A stretch of DNA of 64,000 bases from a candidate division WOR-3 bacterium. GTDB taxonomy: Bacteria; Hydrothermota; 32-111. Under the pieces are notes generated by a model. That model saw only the letters and a program-made list of their open reading frames with translations. It did not search any database and was not told the origin of the DNA. The position numbers were made by a program, and so were the translations under genes. Positions within the stretch are counted from its first letter, which is position 1. Each line of letters begins with the position of its first letter. This document shows, piece after piece, positions 18,761-28,806 of the stretch. The stretch covers positions 128,001 through 192,000 of the forward strand of contig JBBFKX010000001.1 in assembly GCA_037481815.1 (NCBI GenBank). Direction: 5' to 3'.

Positions 18761-19182
18761 TAGATATAAAAATTGAAATCACAGAAAATGGCTTTTTACC
18801 AAAATATATGACGGAAGGTTCTTCAGGTGCAGATTTATTTGCTTCTGAAGAAGTTTGTATAGAGCCTTTTGATGTTTCATTGATCCCAACCGGTATAAGA
18901 GTTGAAATACCTTCTGGTTATGAAATACAGATAAGACCGCGTAGTGGTTATTCTTTAAAAAATAAAATCTTGATTTTGAATTCCCCCGGTACAATAGATT
19001 CTGACTATAGAGGTGAAATTAAAATCATAATGTTCAACCTAAATAGAGAAAGGTTCTGTGTTAAAAAAGGAGAAAGGATCGCACAGATGGTTTTATCAAA
19101 AGTAGAAAAAGCAAATTTTATTGAAGGTAAGATTAACAGCACAAAAAGAGGGGATGGCGGATTTGGCCATACAGGACAATGA
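18757..19182 (+). CDS. dut: dUTP diphosphatase
   Basis: GADL, RPRSG, GTIDSDYRGEI, RGDGGFGHTG. Confidence 0.96.
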   Translation: MIDIKIEITENGFLPKYMTEGSSGADLFASEEVCIEPFDVSLIPTGIRVEIPSGYEIQIRPRSGYSLKNKILILNSPGTIDSDYRGEIKIIMFNLNRERFCVKKGERIAQMVLSKVEKANFIEGKINSTKRGDGGFGHTGQ

Positions 19183-20000
19183 TCACTTACTATTATTTCA
19201 GAGTTATGAGTATTTTTTTATATTTCGTTCCATATGAGGTTATAGATTTTTTTTCTTTTGTAATAGGGAATCTTATCTATTTTTCAAACAACTGGAGAGT
19301 TGAAAGTATCAAAAAAAATCTCAACAGGATAGGAATATTCGATTTCAACTTAAAAGAGATTTTTGTAAACATGGTTAGAAACCATTTTGATCTGTTAAAA
19401 TCCTATTATTTGAAACAGGAGTACCTTTTGAAAATAACAGATTTGAGTAATGTAGATCTTGTAAGATTAAAAAATGATAAATATATTTTAATAACAGCAC
19501 ATTATGGAAACTGGGAATTGGCAGGAATAATTTTTGGTTATCTTGTAAAAAATACTGTTTCGGTCGCTGAGTTAAAAGGAGTTGGAGAAAAGAGATACAA
19601 AGCTTTATTGAGATTTAGAAATTTAACCGGTATGAAAATATTTCCACTTGAAGATCCAAAGACGATAATAAAACTTGAAGAACATTTACAGAAAGGATAT
19701 ATACCAGTACTTCTGTTCGATAGAGATATTACAAAAACAGGAACTCTTTGTGATTTTGGTAATTCAAAGGTTTTTATTCCAAAAGGCCCTTTTTATTTTG
19801 GAAAAAAATTTTCAAAAGATATAATGTTTGGAACCTTTTTTTACATAAAAAATAGAAGATATAGATATTTCGCTTTAATAAAAGAAGTTGAAAGAGATGA
19901 GAATCTTAAAAGATACGCGGAAAATGGTTTAAAAGTTTTATTCGATGTGATCAAAAGAAAACCTGAAGAATGGTTCGCATTTTCAATGAGGTGGGAGTAA
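19179..20000 (+). CDS. LpxL/PatA-family lysophospholipid acyltransferase
   Basis: HYGNWELAG, DRD and PEEW motifs. Confidence 0.8.
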   Translation: MITYYYFRVMSIFLYFVPYEVIDFFSFVIGNLIYFSNNWRVESIKKNLNRIGIFDFNLKEIFVNMVRNHFDLLKSYYLKQEYLLKITDLSNVDLVRLKNDKYILITAHYGNWELAGIIFGYLVKNTVSVAELKGVGEKRYKALLRFRNLTGMKIFPLEDPKTIIKLEEHLQKGYIPVLLFDRDITKTGTLCDFGNSKVFIPKGPFYFGKKFSKDIMFGTFFYIKNRRYRYFALIKEVERDENLKRYAENGLKVLFDVIKRKPEEWFAFSMRWE

Positions 20001-20001
20001 T

Positions 20002-21174
20002 ATGACTGAAAGAAAAAAATTAAAAATTTTGATGGTTTCAGATATGTATTATCCTTTACCTGGTGGTATCTCAGAACATATCCATCATCTTTATATAGAA
20101 ATGAAGAGAAAAGGTCATACGGTTCATATTCTAACAGGTAATCCAATTTTGAAGTCGATAAAAAATGAAGGAAGCGATATAAAAAGAGTCGGATACTCGA
20201 TCTCAATTCCTGCTAACAAATCTTTTGCCCAGGTATCAATCGGAATAAAAATGATCTTTGATATTAAAAATCTACTTGAAAGGGAAAAGTATGACATTAT
20301 ACACATACATGGTGCATTAGCACCTACTTTACCGTTGATAACACTGTTTTTTTCAAATTCAACGAACATAATAACATTCCATGCTGCTTTTGATCGGTCT
20401 ATTGGTTATGAAGCGTTGAGATCACCTCTAAAAAAATTTTTTGAGAGATTGGATGGTGTCATCGCGGTGTCCGAGGAAGCGAAAAGATCGGTTTATAGAT
20501 ATTTCCCTGGAGAATACACTATTATTCCTAATGGTGTTGACCTCAAAAGATTTTCACCATCAAATCCAAAACTTGAAAACTATATTGATGGAAGGATAAA
20601 CATACTTTTCGTTGGAAGACAGGATCCAAGAAAGGGTATAAAGTTTCTTTACAAAGCGATGGATTATATCGTTGAAGAGATATCTGATGTTCGATTGATA
20701 GTTGTTGGAAAAGGTTTTTTGAAAAAATATTATGAGTTGTCGATCAGTGAAAAAGCGAAAGAGCATATTGTTTTTGAGGATTATGTTGATTGGTCTTTAC
20801 TCCCACTTTATTACAGTACCGCAAATGTGTTTGTTTCTCCAGCAACAGGTGGAGAAAGTTTTGGAATCGTTTTACTTGAAGCTATGGCATCCGGAACCCC
20901 TGTTGTGGCAAGTAATATAAGGGGATATAGGCAGGTGATAAAACACAGGTATAACGGTTTTCTCGTGAAACCAAAAGATCCAAAAGATCTGGCTGATGGA
21001 ATCATCGAAGTTCTGAAAAATCGAGAACTGAAAGAAAACTTGAAAAAAAATGGTCTGGAATTTGTGAAAAGATTTTCATGGGAAAATGTATCTAACGAAA
21101 TACTTGAATTCTATTATAAAAAAATCGAAGAAAAAAATAATCATAAAAAAGATCGTTTGAGAAGATGGTTTTAA
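20002..21174 (+). CDS. GT4 glycosyltransferase, PimA-like
   Basis: PGGISEH, IIPNGVD, GRQDPRKG, GGESFGIVLLEAMA. Confidence 0.85.
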   Translation: MTERKKLKILMVSDMYYPLPGGISEHIHHLYIEMKRKGHTVHILTGNPILKSIKNEGSDIKRVGYSISIPANKSFAQVSIGIKMIFDIKNLLEREKYDIIHIHGALAPTLPLITLFFSNSTNIITFHAAFDRSIGYEALRSPLKKFFERLDGVIAVSEEAKRSVYRYFPGEYTIIPNGVDLKRFSPSNPKLENYIDGRINILFVGRQDPRKGIKFLYKAMDYIVEEISDVRLIVVGKGFLKKYYELSISEKAKEHIVFEDYVDWSLLPLYYSTANVFVSPATGGESFGIVLLEAMASGTPVVASNIRGYRQVIKHRYNGFLVKPKDPKDLADGIIEVLKNRELKENLKKNGLEFVKRFSWENVSNEILEFYYKKIEEKNNHKKDRLRRWF

Positions 21175-22007
21175 AATATTTTTTGCCATTACTTTTTGTT
21201 GTTGTACTTTATCTTTATGGTTGGATTTATTGGTATTTCAGATTTTATAAGAAAAAAATATATGCAAGGAATATAATCTCCTTTCATAAAATTTCAAAAT
21301 ACCCAGAATTCGGTGGAACGACAAATATCGTTTTTCAGTTTGAAAACTATTTGAAATTTTTAAAAAAAAATGGTTTTAAAACAACAACGATAGATGATTT
21401 TTTAAATTCTGAAGATGAAAAAAAAATTTTAATCTTTTTTGACGATGCTTATGAAAATGTTTATAAATATGCTTTCCCTATCATGAAAAAATATTCTTAT
21501 ACAGGTGTGTTGTGTCCTGTAGCAGGATATATAGGTAAAAGAAATGTCTGGGATACAAAAACAGGGAAATTCCGACATATGGATTTTAAAATGTTGAAAG
21601 AGATGGAAGAGAGTGGTTTTGAAATAATTTCACATTCATATTCGCATAAAGATCTCAGAAAATTGAATCGTGAAAAATTGAAAATAGAGGTTGTGCGTTC
21701 AAAAGAGTTACTTGAAAAAATTCTCAAAAAAAATGTTGATTATTTCCTTTATCCGTTCGGATTAACAAATGAACGCGTGAAGAAAGAGGTTAAAGATGCT
21801 GGTTACAAAGGGGCTTTTACATCTTATACGGATAATGTTGGTTTTGATATTTTCGAAATTCCAAGGAATACTCTCTATGTTATTGATACGAACATTGCTC
21901 TAAAAATTTTACTCAATAAAAAGCCAGTTTTTCTGTTTGGACATTTTGATATGAAAGGAAGGATAACAAACTGGTTTGGGAGATTCTCTCCAGTTATAAA
22001 ATTATGA
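21165..22007 (+). CDS. polysaccharide deacetylase (CE4, IcaB-like)
   Basis: FDDAY, SHSYSH and YPFG motifs; N-terminal TM. Confidence 0.85.
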   Translation: MVLKYFLPLLFVVVLYLYGWIYWYFRFYKKKIYARNIISFHKISKYPEFGGTTNIVFQFENYLKFLKKNGFKTTTIDDFLNSEDEKKILIFFDDAYENVYKYAFPIMKKYSYTGVLCPVAGYIGKRNVWDTKTGKFRHMDFKMLKEMEESGFEIISHSYSHKDLRKLNREKLKIEVVRSKELLEKILKKNVDYFLYPFGLTNERVKKEVKDAGYKGAFTSYTDNVGFDIFEIPRNTLYVIDTNIALKILLNKKPVFLFGHFDMKGRITNWFGRFSPVIKL

Positions 22008-22936
22008 AAAAGAAAACTCTGTTTATCGACTATATCTTTCTTTTAAGACCAACGATTCAGGTTGCCCTGTGGACCTTCTATTTTATTGGAGTTTATCTTG
22101 GATATAAAGAAGGTGGGAATTTAAAGTTTTTTAATTTTGCTTTCGATTTCAAAATATATTATATTCTTTTAGCATATTCACTTTTGATGGGTGGTATATA
22201 TATTCTTAACCAGATCACAGATATAGAAACTGACAGGATGAACAAAAAACTTTTTCTTTTGCCGGAAGGTATTATAAGTGTGAAAAATGCATACACAACT
22301 TTTATATTTGTTGTTCTTGCTGGTTTTTTTATGATCTTTTTTAACTTTAGTATACAAAAAATAATTTTGAATCTATTCATAATCTCATTTATAATGGGTT
22401 ATCTTTATTCAGCAAAACCTTTTTATTTTAAAAGTAAACCTTTTCTTGACCTTTTCTCTAATGTTATAGGTTACGCTTTTATTGCATCACTGATCGGTTA
22501 TCTTTCGGTAAAAGATGGTTTTCCAGAATTGATAATTTTTTTACCTTATATGTTTTCGATGGCTGCTATTTTCATAAACACAACTATTCTTGATTATGAA
22601 GGGGATAGAAAGGTTGGATTAAAAACAACAGGAATCTTTTTAGGTATAAAAACTTCTCTATTCGTTTCAACAATTTTTATGATACTCGCTTTGATCTCGG
22701 GTATCTTCAATAAAGATGTTCTTGCGATCGTAACGACATCATACTCTCTTATTTTTTTCATAATCTCATCATTTTTCAGAAATGAAAAATATGTGAAATG
22801 GTCTGTTATGTTTACATCTCCTTTTGTTTCACTGATACTCGGTTTAATTTTCCCTTACTTTTTGTTACTCTGTGCATTTACACTTTTTCTTTCCCTTTTA
22901 TATTACAAGAAAAGGTTCAACTATAATATAGTATGA
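22004..22936 (+). CDS. UbiA-superfamily prenyltransferase
   Basis: NQITDIETDRMNK and DYEGDRKVG Asp-rich motifs; YS..PF.FK. Confidence 0.85.
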   Translation: MKKKTLFIDYIFLLRPTIQVALWTFYFIGVYLGYKEGGNLKFFNFAFDFKIYYILLAYSLLMGGIYILNQITDIETDRMNKKLFLLPEGIISVKNAYTTFIFVVLAGFFMIFFNFSIQKIILNLFIISFIMGYLYSAKPFYFKSKPFLDLFSNVIGYAFIASLIGYLSVKDGFPELIIFLPYMFSMAAIFINTTILDYEGDRKVGLKTTGIFLGIKTSLFVSTIFMILALISGIFNKDVLAIVTTSYSLIFFIISSFFRNEKYVKWSVMFTSPFVSLILGLIFPYFLLLCAFTLFLSLLYYKKRFNYNIV

Positions 22937-23901
22937 AAAAATTAATTCTTTTATCTGTTATAACAATTTTTTTTATTTGTTCTTACTCTTATCCTGTTTA
23001 TAAAGATGATGTTGATATTGTTATAGATTTTATATATAAACAAGATTACACGAAAGCATTTGAACATACAGAAAATATAAAAAATAAATATTCTCCGGTT
23101 CTATATTATTTTCTAAAATCTACGATATTATCAACCTATATGAGTGATTTTGAAACCGATTCATTATCTGAAATCCTGTTTTCAAGTTCTGATTCTGTTT
23201 TAAAATATGCTGATATGTTAAACTCGTATGATAACTTTTTTGTTGGTGGGATCTATCTATACAGGACTTACTTTTACCTGGATAGAGGTAATTATCCAAA
23301 AGTTATAAATACCGGTTTAACAGCGTTGAAATATTTTAACAGGTCAATTGAACTCGATCAAAAAATGTATGATAGTTATCTTGGGAAAGGCGTTGTGAGT
23401 TATTTCATAAACAAATTCAAAGACAAATTACCTTTTGTTTCTGGAAACGATGATGGTATAAAACTCATAAAATTTTCTGCTGATTCTGGAATTTTTGTTC
23501 AGTATCCAGCCTACAATGTACTCGCTATCCTATACCAGATGGATAAAAAATATAAAGAGGCGGAAAAGGTATGTGAACGGTTAAGAGATATCTACCCAGA
23601 AAACAGAATGTTTTTATTCACACACATAAAAATACTTCTTGAGCAGAAAAAATATGAGGATGTTCTTCCATTACTCGAAAAATTAAAAGAAAAAGTAGAA
23701 AATGAACAACCGAAAACTTATGTAAATCTATCTTTTGTTTACTACAATATGGCTCTTGTTCATTACGAATTAAAAGATTTTGAAAAAGCAAAACTTTATC
23801 TTAGAAAATTGAAAAAGGTCTATCTTTTAGCAGGTGATAACGGAAAAGTAAAAGAGTTTTATAAAAAAGGTGAAGTTTTAAAGAAAAAGTTAAATGAATA
23901 A
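22933..23901 (+). CDS. secreted TPR-like protein
   Basis: Signal peptide; helical TPR-like repeats (YYNMALVHYELKDFEKAK). Confidence 0.7.
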   Translation: MKKLILLSVITIFFICSYSYPVYKDDVDIVIDFIYKQDYTKAFEHTENIKNKYSPVLYYFLKSTILSTYMSDFETDSLSEILFSSSDSVLKYADMLNSYDNFFVGGIYLYRTYFYLDRGNYPKVINTGLTALKYFNRSIELDQKMYDSYLGKGVVSYFINKFKDKLPFVSGNDDGIKLIKFSADSGIFVQYPAYNVLAILYQMDKKYKEAEKVCERLRDIYPENRMFLFTHIKILLEQKKYEDVLPLLEKLKEKVENEQPKTYVNLSFVYYNMALVHYELKDFEKAKLYLRKLKKVYLLAGDNGKVKEFYKKGEVLKKKLNE

Positions 23902-25033
23902 AAAAAAAGTTCTGGTGATTTCTTATTATCTCTATCCTTTTTACAATTATGGTGGAGGAAGAAGGTTCTTTTCATTGTTGAAATTTTTTGATTCCAAAAA
24001 TGTGGATTATCTTGTTATAACATCATCTGAAAAAAACTTTTTCGATGGTAAAATTCTTTTTCTTAAAGATCCCTTTATTAAGGGGAAAAGAGTCGATCGT
24101 GGAAATGTTTTTTTAAGATCTGTTAATCCATTACCAGATTCGATGTTTTTATGGTCTTATGGAGTTTTCAAGTATATAAAGAAAAATAAAAAAATTTTTG
24201 ATAAAATAATAATTACAGCCCCACCTTTTTCTTTGCCTTTAATTTTATCTTTAGGTTTAAAAAAAGCGGATCTTGATAAATTCATTCTTGATGTTAGAGA
24301 TATATATTATGATGGAACTTTAAGGGATTATAAGGTTCCGTTTGTTAAAATTATCGATTACATTTTTGATAGAATCATATTTAAAAGATTTCGTAAAATC
24401 ACCACAAACATTCCAAGATATGTGAATCTGATAAAAAAAAGATATAATCTGAAAAGGGTTGATCTTGTTGTGAATTCTTTGGAAGATGAAGAACAGAAAG
24501 TTGAAAAGATAAATTTTAAAGAAAAAGTTGTACTCTATTCCGGTAAACTTGATAGGTTCAGATTTAATAAAGATTTTTTTGAAGTGTTCGAAAGAGTTTC
24601 TCCAGAAATTGATTTTAAAATCTTTGTTATTGGAAAAGTAGATGAAAAAATAAAAAATTACCTTGAGAAGAAAAGTTTTGTAAAACTGTTAGGGGAAATG
24701 GATTATGAGAAAACACAGAAGTATGTTTTTTCTTCAGATATTTTTCTTATTATGCATCCTTTCGATTTGAAAGATGGTCAGTCAATATTCTCTTCTAAAC
24801 TTCTTGATGGGATAAAATTCAAAAAAAAGATCCTTTATGTTGGCCCTGAAAATGATGTGTACCTTTTTGTTAAAAATAACAAAATTGGAGAAGTTGTTTC
24901 AAAATCAGAAGTTGGTGATCTGGAAAGAAAGTTGATGAGGTTGGTAAAAAATGAATATCATTATAACAACACTATCTCTGAACAATTTAAACAACCTTTC
25001 AAAAATAGCTATTTTACTGAGAATCTTTTTTAA
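23894..25033 (+). CDS. GT-B (GT4-like) glycosyltransferase
   Basis: VLVISY..P...GG.R, TAPPFS, DVRD, YSG, SSKL. Confidence 0.7.
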   Translation: MNKKKVLVISYYLYPFYNYGGGRRFFSLLKFFDSKNVDYLVITSSEKNFFDGKILFLKDPFIKGKRVDRGNVFLRSVNPLPDSMFLWSYGVFKYIKKNKKIFDKIIITAPPFSLPLILSLGLKKADLDKFILDVRDIYYDGTLRDYKVPFVKIIDYIFDRIIFKRFRKITTNIPRYVNLIKKRYNLKRVDLVVNSLEDEEQKVEKINFKEKVVLYSGKLDRFRFNKDFFEVFERVSPEIDFKIFVIGKVDEKIKNYLEKKSFVKLLGEMDYEKTQKYVFSSDIFLIMHPFDLKDGQSIFSSKLLDGIKFKKKILYVGPENDVYLFVKNNKIGEVVSKSEVGDLERKLMRLVKNEYHYNNTISEQFKQPFKNSYFTENLF

Positions 25034-25343
25034 TGCTATCGGGATGTGGTGCCTTAAAAATGAGTAATGAACTTTGTTTATCGGATGTGTTCTCTATCAA
25101 CATTCTGTCGTATAGATTTACATTGAACAATGTCCCTTCTTTTAAATATGATTTTATACCGTTTACAGTAATTTCAACCTCTCCCATTACAGGTATAATC
25201 GTGAGAAAAGAGTTCGCATTGTGTTCCTTAACAGATTGTTTTGGATTCAAAGCGATTTGAAGTAACATGCAGTAACCGTTTTCGAAAAGTTTTCTGTAAC
25301 CAAAATTTTCTTCCTGAAATGGAATATTTTCAAATATATTCAT
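25014..25343 (-). CDS. cupin-domain protein
   Basis: Small beta-barrel pattern ending KAPHP; GAGGAGG RBS. Confidence 0.7.
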   Translation of the reverse strand: MNIFENIPFQEENFGYRKLFENGYCMLLQIALNPKQSVKEHNANSFLTIIPVMGEVEITVNGIKSYLKEGTLFNVNLYDRMLIENTSDKQSSLLIFKAPHPDSIKKDSQ

Positions 25344-25404
25344 AAAACCTCCTCTTGCTTTACATTATTCTTTACTAAAGAAAAAATGTCAACATTATCA
25401 ATCC

Positions 25405-25432
25405 TTGAATATTTATTTTTCTATTGTATAAT
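25405..25432 (+). promoter_or_regulatory. putative promoter TTGAAT-N16-TATAAT (leaderless queH)
   Basis: The -10 ends 6 nt before ATG 25439 and there is no SD. Confidence 0.55.
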
Positions 25433-25438
25433 TAAAAT

Positions 25439-25993
25439 ATGGAATATTTAGTTTTACATACATGTTGTGCTCCCGATCTAACTTACTCATACGAGTTCTT
25501 TAGCAGAACTTATAATGTTTTGCCACTTTTTGTTAACGATAATATTGATACTTTTGATGAGTTTCGAAAAAGATATGGGGAGGTTTTAAAAGTTGCAAAA
25601 CATTATGGTTTTGAATGTAAAAATCTTGAATATGAGAATGAAATTTTTCTTAAAAATGTTGTTGGTCTTGAAGATGAACCAGAGATGGGAAGGCGATGTG
25701 AAGTATGTCATCTTTTGAATTTCAGAAAAACAGCTAAGTTCTGTAAAGAGAATGGATTTAAGATATTTTCTACAACTTTAACGATAAGTCCTCACAAGAG
25801 TGTTGATCTTATAAACAGTATCGGCGAAAGAGTTGCAAAAGAGTTTGGCATTGAATTTATTAAAGAGAATTTAAAAAAAAATGATGGATTTTTAAAATCA
25901 GTAAAAATCTCTAAGGAGTTGAACCTTTATAGACAGAATTATTGTGGATGTATCTTTTCAAGGGGGAAAAGTGGACAGAGAGATAAAGTTTAA
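25439..25993 (+). CDS. queH: epoxyqueuosine reductase QueH
   Basis: LHTCCAPD, RCEVC, TTLTISPHK, YRQNYCGCIFS. Confidence 0.9.
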   Translation: MEYLVLHTCCAPDLTYSYEFFSRTYNVLPLFVNDNIDTFDEFRKRYGEVLKVAKHYGFECKNLEYENEIFLKNVVGLEDEPEMGRRCEVCHLLNFRKTAKFCKENGFKIFSTTLTISPHKSVDLINSIGERVAKEFGIEFIKENLKKNDGFLKSVKISKELNLYRQNYCGCIFSRGKSGQRDKV

Positions 25994-26441
25994 AAAGTTT
26001 TTAAAAAAGATGGAGGATTGTGAAGGATGTCCGATGAGGAGTTATGGAGAACCGGTATTCTCAGGTAATATTTTACAGGAAATAATGATAATCGGTTATG
26101 AACCTGAAAGCCATAATTTCTCGATAGATTCAAAACTTGTTGCAAAAGCATCATCTCTACTCACTCTCTATGAAACGGAAGTGAAGTATGGAGCATATAT
26201 AACATATCTTTACAGATGTTCTCTTATAATCCATGGAGAACTTACAGATGAAGCAAAAAAAAGATGCAAAAGGTATCTTGAAGAAGAGTTTGAAATCGTC
26301 AAGCCCAAATATCTTATAATTTATGATGAGAGAGTTTTAAAAGAGTTGGTTGAAGATTATGAAATGATAATAAACAGTGAAGTACAGCCAGTTGAAAGTG
26401 AAGTTTTTGATAGAAAAGTAAAGATCTATTTCATCAGATGA
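25971..26441 (+). CDS. divergent uracil-DNA-glycosylase family 4-like protein
   Basis: CEGC...YRC...C.RYLEEE..IVKPK pattern; catalytic motif altered (GYEP). Confidence 0.5.
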   Translation: MDREIKFKKFLKKMEDCEGCPMRSYGEPVFSGNILQEIMIIGYEPESHNFSIDSKLVAKASSLLTLYETEVKYGAYITYLYRCSLIIHGELTDEAKKRCKRYLEEEFEIVKPKYLIIYDERVLKELVEDYEMIINSEVQPVESEVFDRKVKIYFIR

Positions 26442-27547
26442 AAAAAGTATTTTCTTTTGAAATTTTTGATTATAACCTTGAAAAGATAGAATCGAATTTA
26501 AAACAGGTTTTTAAAAGTTTGGAACTTTTAAAAAATTTTTCAGACGAAAAAAAAATAATTTTAAAACCAAATCTTTTAACAAAACCCAGTTCAAATCTTA
26601 ATATTATAACAACAAATCCAATCGTTGTTGAATCGGTTATAAGGATATTACTTGCAGAGGGTATTAAAAAAGAGAGAATATTTATTGCCGATGGGTCCTC
26701 TGCTATCCATAAGGATATGGACCCTATATTCAAAGAAACGGGATATATGGATCTTGCTGGAAGGTATGGGATAAACCTTGTGAATTTGAACAAAACAAAA
26801 TACATAATCAAAAACAGAATAAAAATAAGTGATTTTTTGGAAGATCAACCACATATAATCAACATAGCAAAATTGAAAACCCACATGCTGACGACCTTAA
26901 CATTATCAGTCAAAAACCTTTATGGTTTGATTCCGGGTGAGAGCAAACTCTATTATCATACAAAATATCCTGATGTGGAAAGTTTTTCAGAGTTCTTGAC
27001 AAAACTTTACATTACGATAAAACCTGATATCAACATCATCGACGGAATTACTGGTATGCAGGGGAATGGCCCTGGTGGAGGTGATTATGCTGCGACAGGA
27101 CTTTTGCTGGTATCAGAGGATGGGTTTGCACTCGATGATTTTGTTACTTCGCTTCTTGGTCTAAAAACCGATGATATACCATTTTTGAAGATCGCAAAGA
27201 ATACAGGTATTTACAATGGTGACTATCAGGTGATTGGGAATTATCATAAACTGAATATGAAGATGCCTGACAGAAACAATTTTAAAGTTTCGTTGAATTT
27301 TGCAAAGCAGAAGTTTGTAAAACATTTCACATCAAATTATCCATTCATCATAAGAGAAAAGTGTAAAAGATGTTTCAAATGTTATAAATCATGTCCTGCG
27401 GGTGCTATAAATATAGTTGAAGGATACCCTCATATAAGAGAAAGGTTATGTATAACCTGTTATTGTTGTGTTGAGGTCTGTCAATTTAAATCGATAAAAG
27501 TTAAGAAGAGTATCCTTGAGAATCTTTATGAAAAGTTTAAAAAATGA
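26438..27547 (+). CDS. DUF362 protein with C-terminal 2x[4Fe-4S] ferredoxin domain
   Basis: LKPNLL, TTNP, KLKTH, KNLYG, DGITGMQGNGP; two CxxCxxCxxxC motifs. Confidence 0.88.
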   Translation: MKKVFSFEIFDYNLEKIESNLKQVFKSLELLKNFSDEKKIILKPNLLTKPSSNLNIITTNPIVVESVIRILLAEGIKKERIFIADGSSAIHKDMDPIFKETGYMDLAGRYGINLVNLNKTKYIIKNRIKISDFLEDQPHIINIAKLKTHMLTTLTLSVKNLYGLIPGESKLYYHTKYPDVESFSEFLTKLYITIKPDINIIDGITGMQGNGPGGGDYAATGLLLVSEDGFALDDFVTSLLGLKTDDIPFLKIAKNTGIYNGDYQVIGNYHKLNMKMPDRNNFKVSLNFAKQKFVKHFTSNYPFIIREKCKRCFKCYKSCPAGAINIVEGYPHIRERLCITCYCCVEVCQFKSIKVKKSILENLYEKFKK

Positions 27548-28334
27548 TCCAGTTGTAAAAATTTCACTTTTTCTTTTAAAATATACGCCTTTGAAAATTT
27601 TGATAATAATATCAAAATTGATTTCTATATTGTTTTACAATTTTGGAATAAAAAGTAAAAAGAGAGTGAAAGAGAATTTGAAAAAGTATCGTATAAAATT
27701 TTCAATAAAGATATATTTCAACAATGCCTCTTTTATTGTAGAAAATCTTTACCTTATGTTTCATGATCCTGATGAAAGAAGATTTGAAATAGAAAATGAA
27801 GAAATACTAGAAAATTTAAAAAGAAAGAATCAAAAGATTTCCTTAATCTCGATTCATTATGGCAATTGGGAGGTGGCGGGACAATTGTTGCAGAGAAAAG
27901 GATACAATATCTCCATTGTTTATCAAAAAAGAGATGAATGGTTTTATAGTTATATCGATAGTATAAGAGTCAAATATGGAATAAAACTTATAGAAAAAAA
28001 TTCCCCAACATATGTTTATAAAAAGCATATAGATGAAGGTAGAATTCTGTCATTTATGATAGATCAGAGGTTGAACAATCTAACAACGAAAAAAATAAAT
28101 TTTCTTGGTATAGAACAGGAGTTGCCAACCGGATGGTTCAAAATCATTGAAAAGTTTGATTTATATCCTGTTTTGATGATCACAAGGTTTGAAAAAGGAA
28201 AGCATAGAGTTTATTTTTATGATGCATCAGGGTTAACACTTGAACAGATATATGAGTTTTTTGAAAATCAGATTAAAAAGGATATATTCCAGTATGATTT
28301 CTTCAGTAAAATATTTCAGGATCATAACTGTTAG
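27528..28334 (+). CDS. lipid A late acyltransferase-like (LpxL family)
   Basis: HYGNWEV and MIDQ motifs; lies upstream of the lpt genes. Confidence 0.75.
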   Translation: MKSLKNDPVVKISLFLLKYTPLKILIIISKLISILFYNFGIKSKKRVKENLKKYRIKFSIKIYFNNASFIVENLYLMFHDPDERRFEIENEEILENLKRKNQKISLISIHYGNWEVAGQLLQRKGYNISIVYQKRDEWFYSYIDSIRVKYGIKLIEKNSPTYVYKKHIDEGRILSFMIDQRLNNLTTKKINFLGIEQELPTGWFKIIEKFDLYPVLMITRFEKGKHRVYFYDASGLTLEQIYEFFENQIKKDIFQYDFFSKIFQDHNC

Positions 28335-28806
28335 TTTTTTTCTTCTTCTCACTTTTTGTGGAAAGGAGGATGTCCAAAGTATTGCAAGCGATCAGAAAAA
28401 TATCGTTATAGATTTTAAAACTGAATACTATGAGAATAATTTGAAAGTTTATTCATTAATATCAGACACGGGATACTATATCGATTCTTTAAAAATGTAT
28501 GTTCTAAAAAATGTTGAGTATACAAGAGAGGATGGAGAAAATGTAAAAATATTCGCTGATAGTTCGTATGTTTATGAAAAATCTATCGAATATTTTGGAA
28601 ATGTTAAAGTTTTATTTTCTGATTCTATGATTTTGTTAACAAAATTTCTTCATTATGGTATTGAATCAGATACCTTAAAAACAGAAGATTCTATAATGAT
28701 CGAGAAAAAGAATGATAAAATGTTAACAAAAGGTTTTGTGTGTTTTGACAATTTTAAAAAAGTGGTTTTTCTTTCTCCAGTTTTAATTTATGATGAAAAA
28801 AATTAA
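28294..28806 (+). CDS. lptC: LPS export protein LptC-like
   Basis: N-terminal anchor (LLTFCG), beta-jellyroll pattern GNVKV..SD...L.T..L; position before lptA/lptB. Confidence 0.65.
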   Translation: MISSVKYFRIITVSFFLLLTFCGKEDVQSIASDQKNIVIDFKTEYYENNLKVYSLISDTGYYIDSLKMYVLKNVEYTREDGENVKIFADSSYVYEKSIEYFGNVKVLFSDSMILLTKFLHYGIESDTLKTEDSIMIEKKNDKMLTKGFVCFDNFKKVVFLSPVLIYDEKN

